In this document: piece by piece, positions 1 to 14,300 of the stretch | Position numbering within the stretch: position 1 is the stretch's first letter | Layout: each line of letters opens with the position of its first letter | The notes under the pieces: generated by a model | Database searches by the model: none | What the model saw: the letters and a program-made list of their open reading frames with translations, nothing else | What the model was told of the DNA's origin: nothing | Translations under genes and position numbers: made by a program | From: Phoronis australis | Taxonomy: Eukaryota; Animalia; Phoronida | Reading direction: 5' to 3' | Length of the DNA stretch: 64,000 nt | Assembly: GCA_002633005.1 (NCBI GenBank) | Contig: NMRA01000153.1 | Span: 392,158-456,157, forward strand

Positions 1-636
1 TAACATTTTTGTAAAGAAGGCCCACCAATCCCGAGAGTTTGAAAGTTCAAAGAGAATACTGCATTACATGGAAGGAATTCCCCACCTCAGGTTGCACTCA
101 GCCAGTCAACTCAGGAGGAAAGCCACTTTCAGAAATAACCCGCGTATCCCGATTCTGCGGTATTTACCCACAATGCTGTGCATCAGTAGAGCACTTGCCC
201 CAAAGTTGTACACTGGTGATGTGCTTAGATCACTTTTTTACATTAGAAGTTTTCCATTCCTTAAACTGATGGCAATGTTTTACTGATATCGATGGCAATG
301 CAGAAATTAAAAATTTAAAAAATGAAGTGACGTGGGATGAGTTGTTCTTCGTGCAGAGATATTCCTGGATTGCGCCTTTGTGCCATTAGTGCATAAAAAG
401 ATAAAAAGGCGCAAGTCATAGCAGCAATGCGTTCCAAACATACAGAATTCTAGTCAACTTACAGCCAGTCGGGTAAAACATAACTTAATTTTATTTTGAT
501 TGCCTTTGGGGCCTCTGTTTCATATTATACTACTTTAATTACACTAAGTCTGCTGGGCACAAGCTTTTGAAAAATGACACACTTTTATCATCAGGCGCAC
601 CCGAAGAGCACAGGTTCAAACCTGGAAATCCCTGTT

Positions 637-1000
637 CATGCGCCCAACTAGGTTCAGAAGTACATTAGCCACCCTACCATTCAAAAACTAAAGGTTAAGC
701 CATATAACGCACTTTTTCTATCTCCGTAAAAGAGGAGAACTAAATTCAGGATGTGGGATTAAATTACTGCGATTGCTCATGAATGACTCAGTCAAATGGG
801 GGCTCGAATTCTCAGCTATGTGGACCTTTTACTAACAACATAGTCAACTTAAAAAAAACGGTACCGCTATTGGAGCAGTACGTGCTATGAATTGTGCGTT
901 TGCACCTTTTTAGTGGACTTTTATCTCGTCTGAGGCGGACCTTTGTGCCCACTTCACCAAATGGGAGGGCTCATTCGAGCCCCCCCTGGGTGTGTGCATG
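637..1000. mobile_element. CATG-terminated short MITE-like repeat (related copies ~6396-6620 and 57548-57779 inverted)
   Basis: Ends CATGCGCCCA.../GGGTGTGTGCATG; GGGGGCTCGAATT, GCACCTTTTTAGTGGACTTTT and TGAGGCGGACCT blocks shared with the 6396 copy; no TSD seen. Confidence 0.55.
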
Positions 1001-1885
1001 ATGCCGCAGTAATGGTAGAAACAATGGAATACCCAAACTGATAAATGAATCTGGACCACCCAGATACAAGTATAGGTAGGCTAGTGAGTTAGGAAGCGAC
1101 AGTGCCAGTTTACAATAGACAAATCGCCAAAACAAAACATACATAGGCTAACTTAGAAGTCTGACTTCTAAGTGCTAGGACTGCTACACGGTCAGTCAAC
1201 TCTCAAGTCAATGAACAGTAATTAGCCAAATGAACATTGAACAGCACTGCGCTCCTGCACCATTAGTTCACAATGCATAGGCTGGCACTCGATGTTACGC
1301 CGAAGAAACAAAGATTAAAGTAGAAAAGTAGTCAACCACAGTCACAGACGCCGGCGAGGTTAGAGAATCGACGACAATCCATGCCGCTTATATCAGGACA
1401 GGAGATCGCCAAAATACCTAGTCCTTTGTGAGGCTGCACTTACCAATATAATATAACTGAAACCGCATATCGAGAAAAGTGAAGCCTTTTCCGCTCATGC
1501 GAATATTCAAGACGTAAAATGCATTGATGTAACAGCAAGCCTAAAGCTTTCAACTGCAGAAATATCTTCGGCACAAGCAACCCATTTGACCAGACACTTA
1601 CATTGCGCACTGTCTGGGCGCAAGTTTACGGAACTTAACGAGGTCACTCGGGTTAGGACGAGCTCGAGGTAACTTTTAATAATACCCTCCCAATAGTCCG
1701 TTGTCCAGGGGCTTGTCCACCGCGATGGACCAATTATTGGAATAGATAATTTTGAAATACACCAAATTATAACGTAAAAGCTGCATTTGTGTTTATGAAA
1801 TTTTTCAAATTGCGGATTCTAAGTTGCCCAGTCGTCCTTTCTTGAAATTACTTTTCGACTCCTGGAGCAATGAAGGTGAGGGTAC

Positions 1886-1900
1886 GTTACCAGGAGAAAC
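1886..1900 (+). promoter_or_regulatory. RFX X-box-like site in CIMIP1 promoter
   Basis: GTTACCAGGAGAAAC ~120 bp upstream of the ATG, with two ATTGG (CCAAT) boxes at ~1925 and ~1951. Ciliary genes are typical RFX targets. Confidence 0.55.
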
Positions 1901-2020
1901 CAAATGCTTTTCACATACGCCATATTGGTTATTTACTTTTTGCGTGGGTCATTGGTCGTGAACGTGTTGGCGTTAGCGTCGTTTACTGGCCGTTTTTGAG
2001 AGCATTAACTGGTACCACCG

Positions 2021-4662
2021 ATGGCTGAAAAACCAGTTATCGGCAAACAAGTAGCAAAGTGCAACTTTGTTGCTAATGATGAAATATGGTAAGTTTTGAA
2101 TAAATGCCTTGATCAGGCTTGATCCCTCACTGACCGGGTAATGGGTGGTGCCAGGTAGTTATTAGTGTGTCATGGCCGTTGACGTTGTAGGATTAAATTT
2201 ATTTTTAACCGTGAAATATGACCAATTGGACAAGCCAAAATTTTGACGAAGGTAATAAGATGGCTTTTTATATTCAGTAGGTCGATGGTGGTGTACTTTT
2301 AATTTGCCACAAGCCAGTTTAGCTACAGTGACAGCGTAGGCACTGGTCGTATATAGCGGTCCATGACTTTGAGAACCAGTTTTATCCACTGAATAACGAG
2401 CTCGTTATTCAGTGACTGCCTGGTTCTCGAAATTAGGAAATGCTATATCCTACCAGTGCCGACAGTGTATCCTCGGTTGACAGTACAAACCCAAAATTCA
2501 AAAGATTGACTCCTGGTTGGTCACCAATGCTGTACTATGGGACAAGGTTGTCGATAATTATCGCAGGGAGTTGGCAACAATTTTTGAGTGAAAATACAGT
2601 AAAAACAGAAATCCAAGAAATCAAACTTTACCTGGCATTAAACTTTATTGATGATCTGGGATCTTTTACACATGCAATTAAGTTAAAAATCCGGAATAAT
2701 GCTTTGGAAAACATCATTGTGAGTTGTGGGATGTCGATTGTGGTTTCACTTTTGTGAGCCAACGCTTGTATAATTTTAGTCTCTTAATTGATATTCTATC
2801 AGTGTATGAAATCATTCAAAAGCCCACAGAAATGTGTTTTATTATGTCCTGACAAGTTTGGCTAAAATATAGAGAATTCATATGGAACTGCAACATGAAG
2901 TGAAAGTCATGGTTCCACATCAAAAAAAGCAGCGGTAATCTCTGAGTTATTTATGTATGAATTCAAGACAAATATATATTGCTCTGTTGTATAATACATG
3001 AACAGATCAGGAATTTGCATAAGGGGGGGGGGGCTAAGATGAAAATTCTCCAGCTAAATATGGACGTGAAGCCATCTTATACACCAAAAGTAATACGGCT
3101 AGAAATAAGCTTGTTTTGTGTCCCAAACACTTAATAATTGGATTGTAGTTCTTGGTATATTAAGTCTTTAAGTGCTTCTCATTTTGTCATGACTTGTACA
3201 CCATTAGTTAATGTTCAGATTTTTTTTTAGGAAGGACCATTGTCACCGTGAGCAACTTGCAAGGAAAGACTGGCCTGACAAGTGGTCGTTTATGTCAGGA
3301 GATTATACTGATGTAAGCAGTACCCTAGCACCTCCTCCCCACTCTTACCACTTTGGGGATCAACTTATTCATACTTGCTGCCAGACATCTCAATTTTAAC
3401 GCGACTTTCCCGCTTTTTGAAGGTTTACCCCATAACTCACCACATTAGGAAAATGTCCCACTTTTTGACACACACTGCTAGACTGAGGTATTGCCATATA
3501 TTTTTGTGATATTCCACCCATTCAACTTAAAGAAATGCAAAAAAACACTGACATGGTGTTTTTTGTGTATTGCGTAACATTTTAATTCCAGATGTCCTAT
3601 TTTTTCATTTTCATGTTTTGTCGTCGCTTATTATGGGTGTCACATAGAGCTCTTAGTTAATCTCCAGGAAAAAACGTAAGAATCACCGAACACATTTTCG
3701 GTTATTGTTATCCTGTTATTGTTATTCTTTTTCATTCCTAACGGTTACTGATGCCATAGCTTTTGGGTCGGCATCTGCCGCAAGGGGGTGCTATAGTATG
3801 TATGTGGTATTTTTCCTTTATGCGGTATTTTTCCTCTGTTGTCTATATGTAAAGTTACCTCTCTCATTCGTCTGTTTTCTCAATATGTTTTAACTTTTCT
3901 AAAGCATTTTAAGTGTCTAATTTTTACTATGCTGAGATCCGTTTGTAGGCCTTTCTACCATTTCATATCTTTCTGCTCCAAAATGGATTTTACGTAAAGA
4001 AAAATGCAAAAGAAATTGCCCTTGATGACTTTCTCGTTATGGCTTTCTAAAACCACTCTGAGGTGGTGGCGTGTTATGATAGCTGTCTCGTTATGAAGAC
4101 TCTGCTTACATCGTTTCAAAAGCAGCCATTTGATGCCCATTATTTGTCTACTAATGGCATCTTTCAGTTGTTTGTCTACTAATGACATCTTTCAGATGCA
4201 TAATCCTATGTGAATTGTATCTCATCAGGCATAGTTTGTACAGTGCATGTCAAAACTAATCAGATAGAATTTTGGGTCATTTTGTCAGATTATTTTTGGG
4301 GTGTACTGTAGTAATTCATAATAATTCACCTTTAGAATTTATTGTTATTCTGATTTGTATTTTATTTTTTTATTCAGTAAATTCATTTTGTAACACATAC
4401 ATTAGGGTCTAATGTTTTTTTTCAGCTTGTAAGAGATGAGATGCAAAAACCAAAAAAGGACACAAAGATAGCAAGTGAGACATTAAAACTCCCCCCTATT
4501 AAAGTTTTTCCTTCACCAAAACCAATACCAGTGACCACAGCAAGGGTTATAGGTTGGAGGTCAACTGATCCGCAGTTACGTCTGGAAAAGTATGGGAGGT
4601 ACTGCCGAGGCAAAGGAGGACTGATTAGACAACTGAAGTGGCCATTGGAAGGAATTCAATAA
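2021..4662 (+). CDS. CIMIP1: Ciliary microtubule inner protein 1 (C20orf85/LLC1-like); exons 2021-2088, 3231-3312, 4426-4662; 128 aa
   Basis: Spliced product MAEKPVIGKQVAKCNFVANDEIW-KDHCHREQLARKDWPDKWSFMSGDYTD-LVRDEMQKPKK...IKVFPSPKPIPVTTARVIGWRS...LKWPLEGIQ*. GT-AG introns of phase 2 and 0. Motifs DEIWK, WP..W.F, IKVFPSP, TT...IGWRS and L.WP.EG match human C20orf85 as recalled. Confidence 0.9.
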
Positions 4663-7600
4663 ATCCGTGGTGGCATGATCATGTGCTATTAAACACTGCT
4701 CAAGTTTTCATGTGATCGTGTATTTTTTGAGTGAGCAACATTTTGAAGAACCACGGAATCTGTATATCACGAAGGCAGACTCTTGTTGTTTCTCATTCAT
4801 TGATCCCAGGGGCAGATCCAGAGGAGGGTTTGATCCCAGAGGCAGATCCAGAGGAGGATCCAGTCACTTTCACATTGCTGTTATGGAGGAATCTCAAGCA
4901 CATTCCATGTTTGGCCCTTGACAGACCATCTGGTCAAAATCCTGGATCTGTGTCTGGATCCTAATGTTGTAAACAATGAACTTCAGTGAATCAGGACTTT
5001 GTCGTTGTGGAAGTAGGCGTTATTTTATTTCTTTAGTTTGTTCTATATTAACGAGAATAACTAAAGAAGAAACAAACTTCGAGGTATATTAGTTACTTTG
5101 GAGACCTGTGGTTTTACTCCATGCATAGTCACTTTTGGTGAAGAGCTGAAAGCACATTGACAAATTTTAAAAAACCTCTTTGTGGGTCGAGTTCTCAATT
5201 TGCATTAGGCAGATTTAGGTAGAAGACCAGAGGCTTCCAAAAACAAGCGCAGTGGAACCATCTTTATGAGCTGTGTGTATATTTTTCCATTGCAAATTAT
5301 GGTTGGACCCCCCCCCCCTTTAACGTCCTAGATCCACCGGTGGTGTATTGTTGTTTATATTGTGACAAAAACATCAAACCAAATTTGGTTAGTTCAAAGA
5401 CAATACTGTTGCCACAAAACAAGTATCATTTGCAAAGTGTATGCCAAGTCATTATCATGCGATTCCCAATTAAGAAATTTGGCATGTACCGTGTTTAAGT
5501 TCAGAGTATTTTTTCTTCCGCATACCTTGGAAAACATCTTTTCGGTACCCGATTGCATTTCAGTCTTGTCAGTCATTTTTCCCCAGCATTTAGTTTTGTA
5601 AGTAAATGTCACTTGCCATTAGGTATTTCACGGAAAGTTTTGATGTGGCATATTATAAACTCATCTGTCATCTCGCGCCTTTATCTCACGTATGTTATTT
5701 GGTTCTAAGCCCTTGGAAAATGTTTTATATTATTAGACAATGCATCATACTTAGTGGTGTTAGGAGGTTGTAAAGAGGCAGCTGGTCCCAGCTGCATAAG
5801 TCATAAGCTGGATAACAACAGTGACCTCATGCCATCAACTGTGGTGTTGTTGCTATTGCGTAAAGTAGGTCTATTTGACGTCAGGCAACAATCAGGTGTA
5901 TCCACTGGATACCTTTGATTTATGCAATGCAGTCAGTTTAAGAGGATATTGTATGAGCAAGTCAAAATATTTAAATGCAGCTATTTAGAGGTTTAAGATA
6001 GATAATAAAAAATTTATTAGTTCACAGAATCGAGTCAAATGCCACCTTTATATTGAAGATTGATGTTATGCAATGATTTTATTAATTGTGAAATGAAGAT
6101 GTTGTGGAATTTTATAGAAATTTGGTGAAATTCTTTTGTTTGTTGTCAAGAGATTCCACGGTTTTGTTTTCCCAAGAGTTGATAATTTGGTAAATGTTGT
6201 CTGTGGTATAAAGCATAATACTATAATGTGATTTTGCTCAATTTTGCATGTTCTTCCTTAATAAAGATAATGTATTACGTGTTTGCCATTTTTGTCTACC
6301 TGAAAATAGAACAGCTCATGAAAAAAGAATGAGCGAGACTTTCAGAAAGCAATGGGGGCTCATCACACGGGAGAAGTGACTGTTATCACCACTTCATGCA
6401 CGCACTCAGCCTTTAATACGGGGGGGGGGCTCGAATTTTTGACGGTGTGTATCTTTCACTGACAAAAAAGCCGGACTAAAAAAAACGGGGCACCGCGTCC
6501 AGAGCTGTGAATTGTGTGTTTGCACCTTTTTAGTGGACTTTTTGTCTTGTTTTCTCAGACTTCTTGTTTCTATGAGGCGGACCTCAATTTTTGTCCACTT
6601 CGCGCACGGACTTGGCTGTACCACAAGGTACTTGTCTGCAGTTAGTGGCACGGGAACGCACTTTTACTTCTTGAAAAGGCTATTTTACAGTGGGCCAGTA
6701 TGCATATAATTGACATTTCAAATACGTCCTCAAGAGGCCCATAGTATGAGCCTTCACGAATACTTTCGACATTGCTACTTACAGTCTCCCATGGTGAAAA
6801 GTTGTGTTTGTGAAGAAAGATTACTGTTATTATGAAATTACTGTTTGAGGGAGACTGTCTATACCAGTCTTGTAGGGACCCATCCACAATTACACCCGTG
6901 TAATATTTGTGTACAATACACAGCTTTACCAACCCTAATAGTTTCGATTGGTCGGAATTTTATTCATGTTACCTGCTTTAGGCTTCAATGCTGGTGATCA
7001 CAAGACCACTAACCGAGTAAATAATTAAATTAAACTGTTGATGTATTCTTGATGTGGAAAACCAAGTCATCCTCCATAAACACCCAAGTTATATTTAGCT
7101 CACCCACAAGTCAACTTGTCTAGATTTATTAAACACATTTGAGAGAGACAGCTTAAGAGAAGGAAAAGCAGAACAAGTTGCCAAAATCAGAAAAGATGGC
7201 TTGACATTGCTATTGGTGGTTGATATTACAAGATGTCAGGATTTTTTGTCTGAAAATGACGCAAGTGGAGATAACGTGGCTGAAAACACACTAGTGTTGG
7301 TTTACGAAGTATATGACCTGTAACTCGGAAAAAACGTGTAACAGTCACAAATTCATTATCAGTTTCACTTTTCTGGTGAATAGATGAGTTTTGATTTTTC
7401 ACTGAATTCTGATGTTTTGAATATATGTTGTAAATAAAATCAATTTCAAAGTCAACAATGTAGAATCAGGCATAAAAATATCACCTTTAATTTAAATGCA
7501 TGACAACAGCTGTTTGAAGCAATACATTATGATTTAGATATAAATAACAAAGCTGTCGGCACAAAACAAATTCACCAGTTCAATTCAGATATCACAATTT

Positions 7601-8237
7601 ACGCACTTGGTTTAAAATCTTACCAATACTTGAACGATTTAATTTTGAAACAATTCAATGGTTAAATGTCACGATCACAAATCAGTGACGGTTTATGGAA
7701 CAAAACAACAACAAATTTCGTTTCACAAAACTGGAACTAGAAACCTCTCACACAGCCAATCCATCAATATTCACAGGCTTACCTATTTTATGGCATCAAA
7801 CCTATTTTATGGCATTAAACCTATTTTTGCCAAGTACTCACCATTGTAGATTTTTTCAATAGCATAATTAACTCAAATTCTTAGAAAAATGTTTTGCTTT
7901 CCTTTGAAAACAGATCACGAGACCACAGATTTACAAAATGAACATTTAAATGTTCGAGCATATAAATTAATGTTTTTAGGTCTAGTCGCTATGAAAATAT
8001 GCGAGAAAATGCCACCTTGCTTTACCTGAAGTGTGTACAAGTAACCTGCTATTCATAAAAGAGCAGACGTCCACTGGACGTTGCTAAGTGACACCATACT
8101 AAAGTATCCACTGGACATTGCTGCAAGGCTGAAGCCAAAGTTGAAAACAAAAACAACCCTTTCCCTTGGGCACGGATGTTTTTACCCAAAACTCTGCAGT
8201 AGTTGGGCATAAAATTCTTCAAGAGACTCAGCACAAC

Positions 8238-8376
8238 TCAACTGTCATCCATTGCTTCTCCATGTAAGACAACAGTAAAAACGTGACCGTCAGTGGCTTT
8301 AACACGAAGCAATCCCTCGTGATGTCCAGCTGTCTTGGGTCTGAATTCAACAGGAAGACGCAGATAATGACGAGGG
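8238..8376 (-). CDS. CEP192: CEP192 coding exon 40 (stop)
   Basis: PRHYLRLPVEFRPKTAGHHEGLL...LHGEAMDDS*; resembles the human C-terminus HYINMPVQFKPKSAG...LIGEA (recalled). Confidence 0.92.
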
Positions 8377-11300
8377 CTGAAAGTAAACAGAGGTCAATGG
8401 AGTTCAAAAATAATGGTAAGTCAACTCAAAGCTTCACGTGTGACATGAGCTATCACATGAGACAAATTACAGAAACATTAAAACATTCATTTAAATTTCT
8501 AAATTAAGCTTTTCCATTGCAACTAAATGAAGTTCGTTACAAAATTTAAATTTCATGATTACAAGGGATTTTTTCTTCATCTTGCACATACCACTGTCAA
8601 CTAAATTCAGTTCAAAAGATGAATGAAATCTTTGATAGCAGTTGATAAAAGAACTTGTGAATTGACTGTTGGAAAAAAACTTCTTACCGTTAGTTTGTGT
8701 GAATTCAAAGCGCCAATAAACCACACCTTATCTCAAAAACCAACTTCTATTTTAAACCCATAACTGTTATGATAAAATCTCTCTCATCTTGTTCCTTCTA
8801 CGTGTTAGACATGATTTCAAGGCTTGAAAAGCACTAACATGTTGTCGTTGCTTCAGAGCAGGACCATTAAGTTGGCAGATTATTTGAGTAACCAGTAGGC
8901 AGCGCGAATGTCGAGGGAAAGTCCAGTTGATTCATTGTAACACATTTCTACTCAAACGAGTTATAGATAAAAATTGTTAAACGACTGCCTACTATTTGTC
9001 TCATCATTTGTCTGAAGTACAAAGCATAGAACAAAATGAACTTCATTTCTATTACCACCCAATATCTAAAGCAGACAGACCGATTTAAAGCATACTAATA
9101 GCAATCTGCAGACACTGGCAATCAGATTCTGAGTGAAAGTTACAGGAAATGATAATTTTAGTTCGACACATTGTTAAAAGCTGTCTAGACTTCAGGAAGC
9201 AATCTCAATAAAATGCAGGTCGATTAATAAGACAAATATCTGCTGTAAGACACCAGTGAAAATCACGCACTTTCCTAAAGTTCAAAGACGTCATTCATTA
9301 GTAAACATTTCATGTACAGGAAGCTACAGCAAGAGTGATAGAAACCCGAAAAGAACTACCTGTTATATTCGCAAAAGAAATGTAAACAAACAAACTACTT
9401 GTTTTATTCGTACAAGCAACTAATTTCATGACAGTGATCTTAACAAAAACACTGAGCTAAAAGACTGAACAGAAGGTTTACGAACTGAAACGAGAAATAA
9501 ACGTACAACACGTTCAGTCAACATTAATATGAAAATTTTCAAAGTGTTAATTTATAATTTGTTTATTTTGCACTCACTCAATAGACAGACTTCGTGGCTT
9601 ACTGTAGAACGGTGGGTCTGGAGCCATTGACTGCAGCTAAAAATAAAACGTGATGGGTATAGAATGAAATTGTAGAAACATGACAGTGCTGCGCGAGTTG
9701 CAAAATCACAATTTGAAATACAAGTGATTCCATTTACAAATTAGTGACACACCTGCTCCTTGAGTCTTCCATTGTTCCGCACAATTATTTTACAAGTCGA
9801 CTTTTCACCAATGAGAGTTCTTTGAAAACAGAGGTGATCGTCCAACACAATTTTGCCCACTCGCTTGTTTTCTCTGAAAGATCAATGCGTGGCAAATGGG
9901 TGAACAAAATCTCATATATAGGTATATATATATATATATATATATAGCCGACATATCAAGACATTCAAGTCATTCAAGAGACCATTAAAGTTATACTCAA
10001 AACAGCAGGTCAAAGCAACTTAACAATTTAACTTTATTAAAGGCATAATTACCAAAAATTTAACAAAACTAAAAACCTATACTATAAAAATTTGCCTACA
10101 AGTGAGCTGTGTACAGGAAGTTAACCAACGAAGGCATACACGTATCTTACTTGTTCTCGTCCGAGCTTCTCCGGCGACTCCTGGTGTAGGTCAGTGAAAC
10201 ACCAGCATGGTTGGGCTTTTCCTTGTCCACAGACTGGTAACCACCAGTCTTAACACCCTGAAAATAACAGGGATGAGTGGATATTCACGGCATAAAATAA
10301 ATTAGATTGTATTCAACAACCTGAGGTCACTGTGGATGACTGAACACAGTTGTCTCAGCATCAGTTTGTCAAAGGTATACTCTCAAAGCTGAACATCAAA
10401 AATTATGGTGCTGAAAGCTGTATACCTGAAAGACAAAGCTCTTTAAATGTATGCTCTCAAAGTTCTTTGGATCAGTGCCTCACCAGGCTACCCATGTATT
10501 CCTATTCCCTCGTTTAGTATGACGTCATTTTGACGTTTTGGACCTAGTCAAATAAAATTAAAGTGTCAAAATTGAAAAAATAATAATAATTAGGTCACAC
10601 TTACAAAGCACTTTAAATAACTAAGCACTTTGAAAATTATTACCTGGCTATGTACCTCATTAATCTTAATCCTTCTAAACTCCCCAAGAGCATATAATGG
10701 GTGCAACAGTTGTCAGTGCACACAGATTAATGTAAAAACATCATTTTGCAAAATTTTCAAGTTTTTAATTTCCGATGGTAACTTGAATCTGAAAAAATCC
10801 CAAGACTGGCAAAGTTTTGAAAAAGTGATGTGGCTGTATATCTACATCTATGTGTGGGTCCAATTTGTGTCATAACAGTGACAGATATGTCATCAATAAA
10901 CATTTCAATAGATAGATACTATCACCTCACACACAACCAACAGGAAGTTATGACGAGTTCAAACTAATTTTACTGAGTTAAAGCTTATAAATGGTAACAG
11001 GTTTTAAAAACACACGGCATGAGGCTGCTAACAAGCACGTTCGTTATCAAATTTGTTTTTTCAGAAAATTTTGGGATTGACTTAATCAGGAAATGACGAT
11101 AGTGCTTGGGGTCACCTTTGCATACAGTGGTTGTTAGGCTTTTGAAAGCAAGTGGACAGAATGTGTCACTGATCCTATTCCAAGTGTCCTGAACATAAAA
11201 CCATTAAGAAAAAGACCACCTCTTTATACCAGCTATAAACCCACTTTCCATCACATAAAAAAAAGGAATTAGACCACTTTCCATTTTGAAATTGGTCTCA

Positions 11301-14300
11301 AATCACTTTGTAGCCAAACTGGATGTGATTTCAGGGCTTAGAAAAAAAATGTCATTTCCTTATTGCTCGCACAAGTTGTTTTTTCATGTCATGTTACTTC
11401 ATGCGCCAAGCCATAGTCTCAAGGAATAACCAACTGTCATTTCTCGGTAAACCCAGTAACCAGTCCTCATCTGATAAGAAACACTTTTAGACCAACTTTA
11501 AAGTGGCAAGTGGTCTGAATGAAAACTCTCTTCTTGAATGAAACATTGGTTTATAGTCGCTTTAAATATGAAATATTTTGTTCATTAATGGGACATTAGG
11601 ATTTTTATATTTGAAAAATGCTTTTTTTGGATTATTGTTGGATGGGATAGACTTTGACCACAAGAATAAAACTGTAAAATTCATTATGATTTTGTGATTT
11701 TATTACATATTGCTAATTCTCTTCATTGTCCGTCAGACATTTGCTGAATCGAGGCCAGAGACTTTACCAGTTAAGTTCCCTTAAAAGACTCTGCTATCCG
11801 TCAAGTGGGATTTAGAACGTTTGACTGCAATCGCAAAGGTTCTAGGTTCAGTTCCGCACTAGGGATAATCACAGAAAATCACTTGTCTCAGCGATAATGT
11901 CACATAAAGCTAATAACCAAGCAGTCAAAGTACAACATTGACTCATGGGTTTCATTCGGCATCATGACAAATCACTGTTCTCAACCGCCATGACCCATGA
12001 AAAACAATCCTAATCATTCTTAAATTTTTCTTTCCATTTGCACCAATTTTCATCTTATCAAAGATTTTTCATTATCGAATCATATTACCAAATGAACAAA
12101 CTTAATATTGCATTTCATTGACAGTAAAGACCAAAACTTGTCAATAATTATTACACCACCACTGATACTCCTGTATTCTGATTGACTAAAACATGGAACA
12201 ATAACTTCCGATATGAAGTAATATTGACCAAGCTAGCTGAGGAACATCACTTTTCATTTATGCTGCGAGCCATCAGTGGTCAGATAAAGCCTCAGTCCAT
12301 GTCACCTGATAATCACCCTCGAGATCTGCCCATATTTATATACAATCGTAAAAAAATCTCCACTTTGCTACAGTGAAAAATTAATTACTAGTTTGCTGAA
12401 GGTAGGAGCTTGTACCAAATTTTAGAAAAAGGCAATATTTACCAACCCAAATTCAACTGCTAAGTCTATTTTCAGAGTCTGCTGCACAAAAAACGAAGTG
12501 CCACAGTGTTACAAAATCTGATGGTCCAAGCGCATACCAACACAAACTTTGCCAAAAAGACATAAAGGCAGGTGTAAGCTGACTAAAAGAAACAAGGAAG
12601 TGATTCGGGGAAACTCTAATCTCTCAGTTCAGATTTGTGAAGGACTGATTGAATAAAAATGTTAAGTGCTTTCATAACGCAGTCCCACCCAGTCTGTGCT
12701 TCATAAATATCCAATACAGAGCGGCTTAAAAACAGAATCCGCAATCAACTTCCTTAGGGTAATCTAAACGTGACACATTAATATCAAATTGAGCTGTTTT
12801 TGAAGTCTCAATAGTTTATATTTACGAGATAACATGAGTTACTTAAGAAAAACATTCACAGCAAAATCTACTTCTTTCGGACACAGGAATTTTTAATTTC
12901 CTGGTCGAGCTGCCGCAGCACTTCAGAACAATATGTACCATCTGGCATCTTTGTTTTCAAATTATTAATCTTCCGTCAGTTTACTAATAGTTATTTCTTG
13001 GATTTTATTTAGTATCATTTAGTCCATTATGCATAAAATTCACTTTCTTGTGTTATTGTTTTGTACAGTTTAAATATTCTATCTTTATCTATGTAGCACT
13101 GTATCTTTTTTAATTAGTTTTGTCTTCTTTTATCGGTTTATCTGCATGTAAATATTTATAGCTCTAGGAGACCAGTGTTTTACAATGAAGAGACTATCCA
13201 GAATAAATAAACACAAACAATATTAAAAGAAAAACAATAACAGAAAACACTAAAACCCATCTTGCTGTGTGCATTAAATCCATTCTCACAAAATGACAAA
13301 TTAACAAGCACACAGTAACTCTTTCTTGGACCTGTTTGGCGAATAAAAGAGTTATAATTCATATTAAGGATACAGAGGAATAATAGGACCCCAGAAAAAT
13401 CTAGAAATATATCTGAATTTGACTAACTTTGGAACTTCATAACTCAGAAATGGCTGACCAGATTCATATGATATTTTCAGATAATATGCTTAAAATATTG
13501 TTCTCCAACACACATTAAGAATTGTTAAAATGTTCCACTTTTGCATGAGATGCAATCAAAAATAGGACTTTTAAGATTTTTCTGAAAAAGTCAAAAGCTG
13601 GATACAAAAAAGTCATATGTCCCTGCATTCTCCAACAATAACTGAGGAAAACGGAATCCTCTCCCAAAACTGTCATGGTTGTAAGATAACCTAGTTATTT
13701 TGTCTGTAAAAATAGATGTTTGTTGAAAACCTTCGTACTCTGTGGAAACTCATACAATCTTGTCTAGCTTCAATTACAAATAATCTAAAACCAATAAAAA
13801 GGAAGAAAATTAGGAAGCAGCAACTTCATTATGTAGTTAATCATTGCTCCACCATATTGTGCTTTTCACATGCTTTTATCATTTTACTTTTGCTCTTGAC
13901 AACGAACAACTGTATGGATTGTTTGAACATCCGGAATTAATACAATGCCAACTCCACATGTTTTGCTGTTATCTGTGTCTACAATCCGACAATTGCTCAG
14001 TGGATTAAATCCAGATGACAGTTGTATCCCATCAGCTGGAGTGTATTGCACACTCAAACAATATATTTTGTTCGATTTTCAACAAAACACGTTTGAAGAA
14101 AAGTATGCTAACGTGGAATAGTAACATAGTCGTGAATGCCCAATTACAAGGACATACTCCTGTCATCAGTATCAATGTACTAAAAATGAGTAAAACTGCA
14201 AATAATTTGAGTGGAGGAAAAGACAGAGGGTTACCAGTGATCTAGTGTTCAAATCTTCTGTAAGCACAGTCACAAAATTGTCGAACCTTTCCAATGCCCA

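Noticed and set aside
39-286. Short ORFs at the window start
   Set aside because: No recognisable protein features; minus-strand frames contain stops; at most UTR.
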